A DNA stretch of 64,000 nucleotides from Eremomyces bilateralis CBS 781.70 (Eukaryota), in NCBI GenBank assembly GCA_010015585.1, contig ML975153.1; one strand, given 5' to 3'. A program made the translations under genes and the position numbers. Below, one piece after another: positions 12,141 to 25,420 of the stretch (positions are counted from its first letter, which is position 1; each line of letters starts with the position of its first letter). A model generated the notes under the pieces. The model did not search any database. It was not told the DNA's origin and worked only from the letters and a program-made list of their open reading frames with translations.

Positions 12141-15100
12141 AGTGCCGAGGATATGACTGCCTATGGAGTCGTGGAGCAAGAAAGTCCACAATCCACGTTG
12201 CAGCGGCCTTAGTAAAGAATAGAGTTTTTTAGGGGGGAAATGGATGCTGCAGAAAAAGGCGACGGATTATGCAGGCAAAGTAGAAAAGGTGAAAGCTAAA
12301 AGAGGAGCGCGGTCCGGCTGGGGAAGCTAGAGCTATGAAGGCTCAAGGTACGGAACGATGCTGGATGTTAAGTACCGGGTTTGGTAACTGATAAGTGATG
12401 GGATTGTAGGAATTTGGTAGGATCATACCCAGCACTTTAGGATCATAGGTTAAGGATCGTAAGTTAGGGTAATAATAACGTGGGCTCCGCGCTGTGGAGG
12501 GATGATGCAACGAAGGAAATAAACGATGCAAATCGATTTTGGTTATCAGCGCTTCATTTGCCTAGACTCGCAACTATCCTGTACCAACGACCCGTTTGTT
12601 TCAGCTTTTTTCTCTGGCCAGTCGTAGTGGTCAGTGACCACCACAAGTCCCATAGTCTCCGACTGACTTGTCCCATTCACGTTCACGCGCCGTTGGCGCT
12701 GCAACCAATGTGAGACGGCGACATTTGGCCGGCTGGTGACAGACTGACAGAACTGAGAAGGGGAATACTTGGTTTCGGTCTCAAGAAATGGTCTCTACTG
12801 ATCCACTAAACCGCCCGATCGCTGTTTCGCAAATGGCTCATGAACCTCAAACAGGCTGCGTTGAATGTGAGTCTGGCTGGGTCTGGGTCTGGTCGATTGT
12901 TCCACAGGACTGGAGGACCAGATCTTGTTTGGATCAGCAGCGAAGAATCTTTTCTCAACAGTGTTCGGATATTTCTAGAATTATTCCTACAACCTGGGCT
13001 TTAAGACATCAATGTTATGCACTTCAGTATGTAACTACACGGATTCATATTATTATGGAACATCTTGACGCATTTATGTACCTGAGTAACCACCAGGCAT
13101 GCAGCGATCAGCGATCAGTTCAGCAGACATCTGGGTAATGCTGAATAATCTACCGAGTAGACTCTGGGCAGGATTCGATTATTCGATCCTTTTGATTGAC
13201 CTGATTGCGACAGTTTTCCCTTCATTTCGTGAGAGGACTCATATCTGCAATCTCTCTGGGCTCACTCCCGGGTTGTTAGAGGAGATTAGCGTCTAGCAGT
13301 CACAGGATGACAGGCGGAAGAGGGTGAGGGCCAGGGGGGGCATCTCAAGCCTAAGCCTAAGCATGTAGCTAGCGCCGTAAAAGCGCACGCGGTGCCCTTG
13401 CACTCAGTGATGCAGCCATGCAGCCTGCAGGCCATGCAGCCGTCGATCGCTGAATGAGCAGCACAACGTGGTCAGTGGTGGTGTTCCCATCAGACATCAG
13501 TCTAGACGGAGGCCGAATCAGAACTGGTGTTCGGGGGACTCGGACATCAGGCGGGAAGAAATCAAAATGGAATCTTAATGGACGATCACTAAGGTAATGG
13601 GGGCTATCTTTCATGCCTACCATGTACGTAATCATTCCCGATTCTTTTGATTCATTCTGCCATTCATTCTGCCATCCATTATTTAGTTATTTTCGTCCTC
13701 TCCGCACAAGTTATGTCATGTTCTTTCAACTGAGCATGATTTATTGATGAGGTGGACAAGAGAGAGCATGGCTGCATGGACATCACGTTGCGTGCTTGCT
13801 TGCATCGTTTCGTCACACAACCGGAAAGACACGAGGTAGGCCTGTCGTAGCGTTGTTTGACTCGTTGTGATTTGCCGCCTGTAGGAGCCATTTTTGTGAG
13901 GATGAGGCCTCATGAGGGGCACTTCCTGGCCGTTTGAACTGTGGACCGTGGAGAGAGTGGCTTGTCATTTCAAGGTCTAGGGAGGGAGGGAGGCCTGTCG
14001 CACCACATGGAAGAGCCCGGCAGTCCAGCACCCCAGGGACCAGGACTCCAGGACGAAACAGGGAAGAGCCAGGGAAGAAGAGTCAGGGAAGAAAGGAACA
14101 GTGAAGAAACACCCCCAGTGGCGCTGGGCAAACAGGGTTAGGCTCACACCAGCCAGTCATCGCCCATCGGGGCTCCCTCCCCCGTTCGCCCTTTCTCAGA
14201 TTCTCTCCCTTTCTCACTGACAGCAATAGACAAGGACCCCAGCCCTGCCATGCTCTCTCCAAAGTGCTGCCCAGTCCAGCCCAGACAGCCCAGTCCAGGC
14301 TCCGGTCTTTCTGGTGGCCGCTATTCAGTGTCATGTTTCGGACACAGCAGCCCAAACTCGTGAGTCGTGAAGTTGTTAATTATCAGAGATTCGGGGTTCT
14401 CTGCCATGTGGTCGCCACAAATCACCAACAGGGAAAAGGGAGAAGGGGAAAATCCCCAAAAAGGGCTTTCCCCCAAGCAGCGCACACGACAGATTCTCGT
14501 CGACCTGTGATGTAGGCAGTAGCAAAAGTTGCAACGCGTGTCACATTGATCCTCCCACAAGGGCTTTTCCCACTGCACAAGGCCACAACCGTCCAAACTG
14601 ACATGCCGATACATGGTCGCCAAGACAGTCAAGGTCACCAAGAAAAGCCAAGGGCATCAAGGGGACGGGATGCCATGTGGAAGACGCTGCGTTGCTGCTT
14701 TTCACGTCGCACCTTTATTGCAGTTCGTGTTGCCTTGGGAATCGCCGAATCGTCGTGCTGCTTTTGCGTCCCATGTCTCTCCAGTCTCCATGAGACATGA
14801 ATCCATGCCACTGATGATGATCGTCCCTGAGCTGTTAGTCTGGCGCATAATTCCATGATTTCCAACAGTCCCAATTCCCACTCTAATTGCAATGAGCATT
14901 GAGAGCGGACATTCATCTTCTTTCGAATAAATCCCCGTCTCGTGAGTGGTGCCCACCGCATCTTCACAATGAAGACATAAGGAATTAGCCATTAGGAGTC
15001 TAGAGAGCAGTGTTTTGTCATGCTCTAACCCAAACCGTTCAATTCCCGATTCCCGGATTTTTGATGATCATCGCAAAATTCTTCTCCTGTCGTAGCCCCA

Positions 15101-15429
15101 ACTGACTCGTCCAACGGCCCAACAACGAACTCCTCCAAATCCAAACTATATTTCCTTACCTATCCACACCTCACAATGTCATCAGACAATCGCAGTCGTG
15201 ATGGGCTTGATGGCGCTCTCTTGATGGATGATCCCAATTCCCATCCAAAGCATAGTCTCCCAAGTGTCAACGTGATCAGTCATCCACCGCCTTTCTTCCC
15301 CATTTCGTCCCTTCGGGCCCATCGGCGTGGAAATTGGAGCGGACCGCCGATCTCATGCGCCCACCGCTTGGCCTTCATGCTCGTTTCGCGTTTGCAATTT
15401 GTCCAGCCGACCGGGCCCATCGAGAGTCT

Positions 15430-18300
15430 ATGGCTCTCCTCTCTCCATCGAGTACGTATTCGCGTTGCAGAAGTGAAAAGCGGGAAGCGAGACGGGCCTG
15501 CGCAAGTTTCATGTAACTTAACTCATTGGGTCTAAAACGCTAAATGGAGTGGGACCATGCGAATTTCCATCGCTCACTCTCTGTTCCTGACGGAATGCAA
15601 GATCCAATGGAAGCTGCGCTGTGAAAATCTTCGTGATACCGACCAGGCGACCACGATAAGTACCTCAAGGAATAGATCTATTCTTCCCAGATTGAATCAA
15701 CCTCCGTCGAGAGAGGGAAATCCCGTCTCCGAATCCCGCGCGAGCCATACATCGCTTCTGCAGTCTACGATTGCGACGTCAACAGGTCTGGACTCTGGAG
15801 GGTCTAATGCCTAAGTCTATTGATATTCGGACCGATATGCTTCGCTCGAGACCCACCACAGTGTGTCCAGTGTCCGCGGAGCTTCTGGACTAGCGGGTTT
15901 TGCTCGTGAAGACGTGACGTCTCTAAGGCATCCAAACGAAGACCTACGCAATGAAATAATGCCATTCCTAACTCCCGTGCCATATAATTCCCGACTTCCG
16001 TCCTTCGCCCTTCGCACTTCGGTCATTCGGAGGAGGAAATCATCAGATCTTCCGCCAATGGTGATCGTGGCAAACCCGTTCTGGAACTCTTCTAGAACGC
16101 GAGCCCTAAACCTGAAATATGTGTGGGACATCTCTTTCGTCACGCATGGTTTTATGTTGCACCTTTTCCGCTTCCGTCGTGAGCTACTAGCTAGTAGCCT
16201 ACCCTATATGTAATCCTCACACCATGTTTTATACTGACGCACCAAGGGAAATAGCCGTGTTTGAGTAGGACCAAGTCAAGCCAATGTTTAGCAACGAACT
16301 TGGAGATGATTCGTGATGGACATGTTGGATGCTCTAGATACAGCAGGGTTCCTAATTCGAGAGTGGTGCTTAAAAGCCCCTGAGATTCTGAGAAGAACCG
16401 GGTCGAACATCGAAGTAGCAGCCGACGTTCAAACAGAAACACGCTTCTTTTCGGAGTGTAGAATCCAAGGTCGACGAGTCGTCCAATGCCTCTATCCCGC
16501 CTGATGGATTATTATTAGTTGCGGATTGATACATGCGCAACCCGACCATCCACCGAACCCGGGCAAAACAATCCTGATGGATCCATTCTGCCACAATGTC
16601 ACGGTGTCATAGGCCAACCCGTGGTTCCAAGTAAGGTGTCCAATACTTTCTCATGCAGCGCTCCATTTCCGACAAGCCCCGATGCGTTCAATCCATAATG
16701 CAGCCGAGATAACGCCCGTCGATCGAACGTTTTCGAAAAGAGGACCCGATCCCGACTAGGATGGACCTGCCGCCACGTGGACGCTGTCACCCGCAAAGAT
16801 CAAGATACACCCCGTGGCCTGTCACATCTCATTTAGATCTCATCGTCGGAACGTCCCCAACCCACGCGGCATCCCGCGAGGTCACACAACATCACTGGCC
16901 TCCATTCACTCAGCCTTCCAACGTAGCTCTTGCGTACATGCGGTTATTGTTTCTTTCGGCCATGCCGATGGTCGGATGAGCTTCTTCCGACGTTGCTAGG
17001 GGCTGGATTCGAGGAGCTCCCAAACACGGGCAGCTGCTTGCTCATGGCTTCGTACGTGATATCGCCGTGCTCCTTCGGGAGGCAGCTGCTGCGTCAGGTT
17101 GTTATTCTATTATTGCTTGTTGCGTTTTTGCTGTAAACCACTGGCACCAACGAGGCAACGACTGGCCATCGGCCTCGATAATTCCCGACCCGAGCCGCCG
17201 GTGTACGCTGTCATAAGGTAATATTATCGAACGCGAAGACAGACTTCGAAACGACCGGGACCATCCTTGGTTGAAGGCTCAGACCCTCTATCCGCCTGTT
17301 CCCGTCTCTGGCGTCCCATCGGAACGGTCATCGCGAATATGTCGATTGCCTTGAATCTCCGAGCCTCGTCTCACGGCCTACCCCTGGTCTCTCACGCAGT
17401 ATCGGATTTCCCGAGGTCGGTTTTTCCGTCCGGTGAGGCGTCGTCGCTACCGGAGGGCTGGGTTTTAGTGACTCGAGAATCTTTGTCGTTTTCGACCCTG
17501 AAATCGATTCATGGTTCCAGAAGAGGTTCCTGGGGTTTTGTATGGAGTTCAGAACAATCAAGATTCTACCGGAAGATGTCAACCGTTGTGATTTTCCACT
17601 TCCCATCTCATAGTTCGTCGCCCGTCTGCTGTTTGCTTCAATGTATGTCTCATGCGCGGCAAGCCCTTCGCCTGCCCTTCTGTCCTGTTTTCGCCGTTTT
17701 CCAAGTCCTCAACGCATCTACCCGCAACTAGTGACATTCCTGGCCGCAGCCCCTTTCCCAGTTCCCATCACCAGAACCTAAAATACCTCATGATTCCCCT
17801 TTTCAGCCCAAGGCATCCAAGATTCCATCTCTCTGTGTCCGCAGTTGAACCATCAAAACAAAAACTCCACACTGAAGCGGACTGTCGAGCCGCAGTCTCT
17901 TTCCCGTCTCCGTTCTGGAGCGGCTCGAGTACAGTGTCCAGGCAAAACGGCCACGTTGGAGCAAGGTCCTTTTGTGTAAGGGAGCACAACAACAATGACT
18001 ATGTGGCGAGGTTACACGGCGTCCGTTTCTCCCAGTCGATGCGGCATCCCGATGACTGCTATTAGTTGACAATTAGCACTGCGAAGCAGACCAATCCCTG
18101 CGTGGAGCGGCTGGCGCGCCTGGCTTCTGGTTCCGAAGTGAATATTCCTTTTTTGACAGAATACATGGAGACCGGTGAGGATATGACGGGTCGTTCGGAT
18201 GTTTTTGCGTTTCTTCGTCCAGACTAGCCATGAAGGGGCTGGAGTGAGATCGCTCTCTGGCTACTTCTTGATCGGAGGGCAGGCAGAGGCCAACCGTCTC
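15430..18300 (+). pseudogene. Heavily decayed Zn(II)2Cys6 / fungal-specific transcription factor gene (boundaries approximate)
   Basis: Collinear fragments in shifting frames: SSTYSRCRSEK...NGVGPCEF...ECKI (Zn-cluster remnant, ~15445-15605); LNLKYVWDISFVTH (~16105); PTIHRTRA..ILM...PWFQV (~16545-16635); TGSCLLMASY (~17025, like TFWSCFIMDRY); HGSRRGS...QSRFY (~17510); PSPFWSGS (~17905). Many stops and indels. Confidence 0.55.
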
Positions 18301-18897
18301 ATTGCGTCTGTTCGTTATCGTTCGGGACACCTCATCTTCTCGTCCGGTCAGCGTCGGATACTACCTGAAGAAAAGCGCTGGGAATTACGGCGGAGCCTTT
18401 CCAGTCGTATCTGTCCTCAAAGCGCCTTACCACCTCTAGCTGCACTTCCGAGCGAGAAATCCGTATGTTCCCAACAGATCGTATTTCCTTTCCGACGCAT
18501 CTGTCCGTTCTCGAAGTCTCGCGGTGAAATTCCCCACCTTGAATTGATCCAAATCTCTTCTCGCAACGAATGGCGGAACGTTGGTATTTCTCCGCCAGGA
18601 CTTGGCTGGTTTTCAAGTTATTACTTGATCACATAGGGTGTGAAGATGCAACTCCCTATTCATAACCATGAGCATGGCGGCACACATGGATAACTTTCAA
18701 TAAATTCGTCATTGGCATGCAAGCTCCCGTGTCATGTCCAAGGCCTTCGCTCGAAACATGTTGCTCGAAGAGAAAATATATACACTGTGAAAGGCCAGGC
18801 TAACGGTGTCGGCAAGAATCATTACCATGCCAAATGCGATGTCGAGTGCCTTAAATCGGTCCCTAAACGCCGGAGATGCAAGGTTTTTTTTAGACGG

Positions 18898-20350
18898 TCA
18901 TGATTGAAAATCGGGATCATCGACTTCCAGCTGGTTGATCTTCTTCTTGGTGAACTCGAACGCGGAGAAGAAGATGGCATTGACGACACACGAACGACCC
19001 ATGGAAACGGTAAGACCTATCGAACGGTAAGAACGTGATCAACTCAGACAGACCGCGATGAACGAGAAGACAAACCTCGATACATTCGCCTGTTGAAGAA
19101 TTCGATTTTGGTCCTAGTGGTCTCCCCTTTCCCGCCAGTCAAGCAATTTCGCTGGTATATACTTTTGGCGGAATCAATCGGATATATCTAGAGGGCGATC
19201 AGCGGACATCCGTGGATATCATCGGGGGTAAAACAGAGTGACTCACACATGCCCAACTAGCGAGGCCGCAAAGTCCACCGGCAGTGACCACTGCTGCTGG
19301 GGAGGTCGGCGAATTGCCTCTCGCGTTTGCCAGAAGCTGTTTGGCACTCTCATACGTCATAAAATACACACCGGTGCCTATCGTGTCGCGGACTATCCTC
19401 TCATGAGCGAATGGACAGATATGGCTCGGCATTGAGAGATCGACTCACGCAGATGGTAGTGAAAGCCTGCATACAATGCCGCCATCCCTCTATGCTTGAT
19501 GAGTGCATGTGCCGTTCGAAGGGTTCCCATCTGTTGGTATCTCTGGCTGAGGGAGTCGATTACTTTGCTTCCCTCGTTCCGGTTCGCCATCAGAACAGAG
19601 AGCTGGGCGCTCAATTTTGTCAACTCAAAAGGGCCTGCAACAAAGCCAATCAGCGACATTCACCAGACCTTCATACCCTTACTTACATGCTATTGTCGTA
19701 ATCATCGCGCCAGCTGTGGCACCTGCTCCTCCAAAGCACAATGCCGTGGACAGCGACGGAAGGGCTCCTCTGGTGTTTGCGACGACCAGCGGGGAATTTC
19801 CGGTCGCTTGGTAGATCCAGTCATCGTAGGTGTATTTCGCTTTCTGGTATATCGAGAAGGATAGCGTTCGTACGAGTGTTATACTCGCCAGGGGCGACCA
19901 AACTCCTTGCATACGCATCAGTACCGCATTTATGGGATATGTTCATGCTCGACCAACCTCTCCAAAAGCCATGGAACCCTTCTGTTCGATAGGTGTGCTG
20001 AATGCAGTCGAGGAGGGAGCTGAATTGGTAACTAGGCTGGATATCAGCTCGGTAAACACGCAAGTCAGGGCTTCGGGCGTCTTACGTTTGCATTCGAGTT
20101 TTGACCGAGTCCAAAGGATACTGTAGAAAGACCGTGTTAGACGCGTTGCCAATGCAACTCCATCTTAAGCACTTACGGTCATAAACGTCGACAGCAGACT
20201 GCTCGTGCTGGCTGCAATCTCCGTGCGATACTTCTTTATCCATAGCTTTCTCGAATCGTCCAGGTATGGGTGCCGACTCGGGACAATCGCATGCGGCTGG
20301 CTCGCCTGGAGCGAAGTAGACCTGGTGTGGTCATCGTCGCGCTCCGGCAT
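18898..20350 (-). CDS. Mitochondrial carrier family (SLC25) protein, multi-exon
   Basis: Three carrier signatures after splicing: YPLDSVKTRMQ, PFELTKLSAQ, YPIDSAKSIYQ. Also EGFHGFWRGV, YAGFHYHL and a C-terminal MYRGLTVSMGRSCVVNAIFFSAFE. Confidence 0.9.
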
Positions 20351-20959
20351 GCTGGGCTGGCTATCGCGAGCTGTTGAAGACCGTAAAGGTCCTCACGGCA
20401 ATCGCGATATGGCCAGTAGCCAGTGCCGCTCCATAAAGCTCTCGACCAACACACGAGGGTCCAATGGTCGGAATTGATGTCCGGGAGGAGGGTGTATTCG
20501 CGATATTGCCTGGAATCGGGCAATGCGATGTCGTGAGAAGGATTGGAGAGCTACGGAGGATACTCGGGTACGTTCCTGGATTTCAGGAAGTTGTTCAGTG
20601 GTTGTTGATGTTGAGAACTAAAGACGCTATGACGGAGATGCGATCTCGAAGAACGTGAGGGGCATCCAAAGATTTGATACGGAACTCCTTCGGGTGATGG
20701 GAATAGGGCGGGGATGACTGGACTGGAATGGCACTAATTATATGGCAGCAGCCAAAATCCAAAAGATTCAACAATGCAATATTTTCAGTTCATCACGAGT
20801 GTCTTTTTCATTTGCGGAGTAGAATACCGCATGGCGAATATAAATGATCGGAATCTGGTTGAAATGTCCTCAAGTTCTCTATCGTGTAGTATCAACAGGG
20901 AACTCGAATTGTACTGTTCGTAAATCCTAGTGTTACCCCCCTAAGAAGCATGCGTTCGC

Positions 20960-21756
20960 TCATGCCATTCCACCGTTCACCCTCAGAACCTGTCCAGAGA
21001 CCCATCTGCCCCCTCACCGGCCAGGAAAGCGGCGGCATCAGCCTGATCCTCAGGCTCGGCGATCCTATTAAAAGGATTGCCCGACGCGAGTGCCTTGATG
21101 ACCTGCTCACTCTTCCCCTTCAAGAACAGGTCGGTTCCAGTGGGGCCGGGAGAGAGAGCGTTGACCAAGATCCGCCTTCGTCCGAGATCCCTGGCTAAGA
21201 CCCGGGTTCATCTGTTCGATCGCGCCTTCGGTGCTGTTGTATAGGAGGTCTGTTCAAAGGCGTTAGATTGTATCCGTCTCGCTGGACGCGGCCAATACTT
21301 ACAGTTCGGCGGCACTGTGCTCGATGCGCATGGCGATGTCGACACCAGGATAATGCGGGAGCCCTCAGGCATGTGAGGAACCGCCTTTTGGGCGAGGAAA
21401 TATGGTCCTTTGACATTGAGCGCGAACGTCTGATCAAAGTCCGCCTCGCTCGTGCTCATCAGATCCCTCATCGGAAGCACTCCTGCGTTCGCCATTAAGA
21501 TATCGATCTTGCCGAACTTCTGCACTGTCTCTTGCACGATTCGTTCGATATCCGGGATACGGGCTGCGTTGCCTTGAATAGAGATCGCCTTGTCGTCGCC
21601 GATCTGCTGGACCACTTCATCTGCGGCCTTGGAGTCGAACGAATAGTTGATGGCGACTGCAGCGCGGTCTTGAGCGAGGCGCAGGGCAACAGCTTTGCCT
21701 ATGCCCTTGCGGCCGCCAGTTATGAGAGCAACTTTCCCAGTCAGCGGACCGGCCAT
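20960..21756 (-). pseudogene. Classical short-chain dehydrogenase/reductase, disrupted
   Basis: TGGxKGIG, DILMANAG, NVKGPYF; intron 21250-21302. The catalytic YxxxK reads YNSTE (GAA at 21227-21229). A +1 frameshift near 21207 and a -1 frameshift near 21010 are needed to restore TRVLARDLG...VNALSPGPTGT...RWVSGQVLRVNGGMA*. Confidence 0.8.
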
Positions 21757-22249
21757 TTTGTCGTCTTCAGGAGAATATAGGTGTGCAAATGATGTGAGAG
21801 GTAATGATGCGGCAAGAGCCCAACCGGAATTAAAGACTGATCTATGGTTTAAAGCTGATCGAACTAACTTGGTAGGACAAAATGATATGAACTCGAACGA
21901 AGGAATGATACATTAAATATCCAAATGAACACGGATCTAGAATAGAAACCGTTATTTCGGCTTTTTATGCAGCAAATAGGTCTTGGAAATGGCAGCCTCG
22001 ACATGTTCGAAGTAACGTTGATAATAATACATTCGAATAGAATGATCCCTGATCTGAAGTTCCAAATATCCAAACAAAAGTGGTATATATAACCTTTGGC
22101 CCCGGCAGTCGCTCCGAATCCGTTTGTATCCATTGGTCTAATACCAATCGCTGTTCCCTAGGAACAACAAGAATTTTTTTGAATCATAAGTCCGTAAATG
22201 AGAGGCATTACCCCAACCCAAAAGCCTCGTCAGGTAGGTAGGGTTAGGA

Positions 22250-23627
22250 TTAGGTGCGCAAACTCGAGGGTACGATATCCCTAAACTTCCTATTCTCGCC
22301 CCTTTCCGAGTCCCTCTCCTTCCCGCTACTAATATCGACCTCCATCGTGCGCCAGATGCCCTGCTGGCTATTGTTGCTCTCGGCATCGTAGCCTTTCGCC
22401 CTCGTCTCGTATTTGGCATCTTCTCTGAGCGCCAGTTCCGAGACAGAAGAGGCCCGTCCCTTTGGGTTGGAGGAGAGCTTGAAGCGGGATCCGGAACGAC
22501 TCCGCGAATTGTCCGTGCCGGAGCGCGAGTTGGCCGACCGGAAGGTAGCTTTGTGGAAGAAAGGCCGCAGGGTCGGGATGCAGGCGGCGACGAGGACGAC
22601 GTTTTGCTCGATGAGGCCCCAGATGACGAGGGGGACCACGTTCCATACTATTGCGCTTGTTAATTACAAGAGAGGGAAAGGGTAGAACCGGGTGGAACTT
22701 ACGAGGATCCGTGCGGTCCGTAAATAGATGCAGATACGTCGCCTTCACAATCGTGACAATGGCGCTCAGCAGCGTCAGCCCCATCATGATACAGACACCC
22801 AACTTGGTCGAGAAGGGCATCTGCAGCTTCCAGAACACCGAGATGGGGACAACGGCAAGCACAATGTCCGTCACCGTCGTGTACGCGCTGACGAAGTAGT
22901 TAAAGTTGTTGAACACCGCCGGATCCCAGCACTTGGCGTTCGGCGTGTTCGGGTTCCATAGCATCTCAACCGGCGTGCATTGCACGAAGATGAGGACGAC
23001 GGAGACGAGGGCGATCACGACTTGCACGGTGACCATGCCGTAGAGGAGATTCGTGCGCAGCGGGTACCGGTCCAGGAGATGGACAATGAGGATAGCGATG
23101 GAGATATTCGGGAAACTGAAGGCGCCTGAATGGTGGTATGTTAGTCTCGAGACCTATGGATGCTGGAGAATCGACTGGACGGACCAATGTTGAAGGCTGG
23201 CAGTGCGTTAGCTCATAAGTTCCATAGTATATCGAATATCAGCACATACGAAATCCCAAAATCTGCCATTTGGCTGTAAGGACCACTCCGTCGGCCCCAT
23301 GGTCAGCGATTACCGCTGCCGTATGCCGACCCAGGCCAAGGGTAACGGAGTAAGATACAAATGCCGCAGCGATTATGCTGAGAGCCTATAAAGTCCATTA
23401 TCAGCCTCGTCCGTACCATACCATTCTGCTATGCTTACCAGCGAGAGGAAGATGAAAAAGTCATCCCAGCCAAGGCGCTTGGTAATCTGTGACCGCGCAA
23501 ATAGCTTCAGGAAGACCGTCGCAATCGCAATGCCAGTAAATACCCACGCAATGATGTTGACGGTCATCCCACGACTGTCATGGAATTGGGCTTCGGTCAG
23601 CGCCGGAGGTGGAGGAGCGCTTGCCAT
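22250..23627 (-). CDS. PTH11-like 7TM integral membrane protein (no CFEM domain), multi-exon with a 12-nt microexon at 23185-23196
   Basis: LKLFARSQITKRLGWDDFFI, GLGRH, FVQCTPVEMLWNP...CWD, TDIVLAVVPISVFWKLQMP..KLGVCIMMGL, IWGLIEQNVVLVAACIPTLRPFF, all hallmarks of the PTH11 family. Confidence 0.9.
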
Positions 23628-24971
23628 GGTGAAATAGTGGATGGTCGTCGTTCAGACAAGACAGTCGGGCTTTCGAAACATGAACCACAAGAACAGAGTC
23701 TCGAATCTGCAATGCCGGCAGGCCGCAATAATGAAAGTGTTTTACACTACTCTGTATGTATATGATGGTTCCGGTTCACGCCCGGAGCAGTGGGAACGCT
23801 GGACTAGAAGTAATACGGTAAGAAAGTGAACTGGCCCATAGTTCATACATATGGGCTTACTCCGATCATCGCCCGTAGCAAGGACAAGACAACTAGAAAA
23901 CGAGAAAACGATCGAGTCGTGGACTTGCAGGCTCAGCAAAGGCCGTGACATGGATATGACATGTTCAGGGGCGGAGCTGCATATTTCGCTATGGAGTGGT
24001 GAGTGCTGATCAGTCTGGGTTTGAATGCGAATGGAGACGACACTCCACTTCGGAGTTCCGGGTCACTCCAGACATTGACAGACTGGAATACTTCCGCCGC
24101 CAAGATCTAACGGCCTATCCATTCCCGTTTGATAGGTGCTCTGAGGGCAAAACGTGGGCCTTTATACGGAGCTAACAGATGGCAGAATTGCTTAAGCGAA
24201 GCCAATTAGTGTTAGCAGGAGGACACTCGAGAATTGAAATGCTGTTGATTGTTTTGCTGATTTCTAACGCGTCTTCCAAGAGAGGACCCCCACGATTTTC
24301 GTCCGGAAGACCAAACAATGCTTGAGTCAGGAAATGACCCATAACTCATAATGTAACGGAAAATGAGGTGGGGGCTTTATACGGGTTCCTGGCCATGAGG
24401 CTTGAACGTGCTTGACCTGAAGAAGCATCCAGATTTCAGGCGGATTGAGTAATGATCTGCATTCAGGTCTGGCTGCACGAGTGAAACGACTCGCAAACAA
24501 TCGCAAGAAGCGGCCGAGCGGCAGGAAAAGGCAGTCGATCCGTAACGGACTAACGGCGCGCAAGCATGTGGACTGATGGAGGATCCAGGCACTGTGGGGC
24601 ACTCTTGTCTCCAGCGTAACCGAAACTTGAGAAATGAGACTCAGAGTTGAGAGTTGAGACGTTGGGCAGCGGACTAAAATTCGGCCCGACAATCCCTTTG
24701 GCAGGTGGTCCGGGGCGCCTGGCTCGGGAGTCGGGAAGTCAGGGGGAGTGACAGGGATGTGATTTGTCAAGTTCAGCTAAAGCCCTAAGACTGGTGACTA
24801 TCGCCAAAATACGGGCACTTACCCACCAAACGTAGGCACCTCGCTGCCCTAACGGGTGCGAACTGCGAACAACCCAACAGAAAGTCGGAGCCCGTGCGGC
24901 TAACATCAAAGATCCAGTCTTAGACCCCTGCTTGCACCAACAAACTGGGAGAAGTCGGAAGGGCCTAAACC

Positions 24972-24999
24972 CTGCGAGTCTGCGAGTCTGCGAGTCTGC
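24972..24999. repeat. 8-bp microsatellite (CTGCGAGT)x3.5
   Basis: Seen directly in the divergent PTH11-like/OMT intergenic region. Confidence 0.85.
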
Positions 25000-25420
25000 T
25001 TGAAGAAAACGATCCGCAGTGGACAGTGGACGCTTGGTCCCCGTACAAATGGCAAAGGGAACTTCCGCCAACTTCGGCTTCTAGAAAAGCCCTGAAAAGG
25101 GGGTCGATGATAATTAGCAGCGCGTGGAGCCACAACGTGGACGGCACCATCAGCCATGTCTCATCAGATCAACGAGCCACGGTCTACGAGGGTCGAGGGA
25201 CGGCTGGTGAGGTCAGTAGTACTCTGTGCTGACTAGTGGGTATCTTCAGTTCTTCTTCAGAACCTTAAAGGATCTGTTGGAACTTGGACATTTTCCTACT
25301 TCCGTAATTGTGTCTCAGACTCCCAGTGGTCGGTTCCCTGCGTAGTTAGCTCCTGCAAGATTTCTTGGACTGAGAACACCTCTCCATCCTTGCCTCATCA
25401 TCGATTCCCATCGCAACAAC

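Noticed and set aside
13950..14620. Purine-skewed, CAGGG-rich, CpG-poor stretch upstream of flbA
   Set aside because: No defined repeat unit or convincing binding-site consensus; compatible with ordinary regulatory or intergenic DNA.
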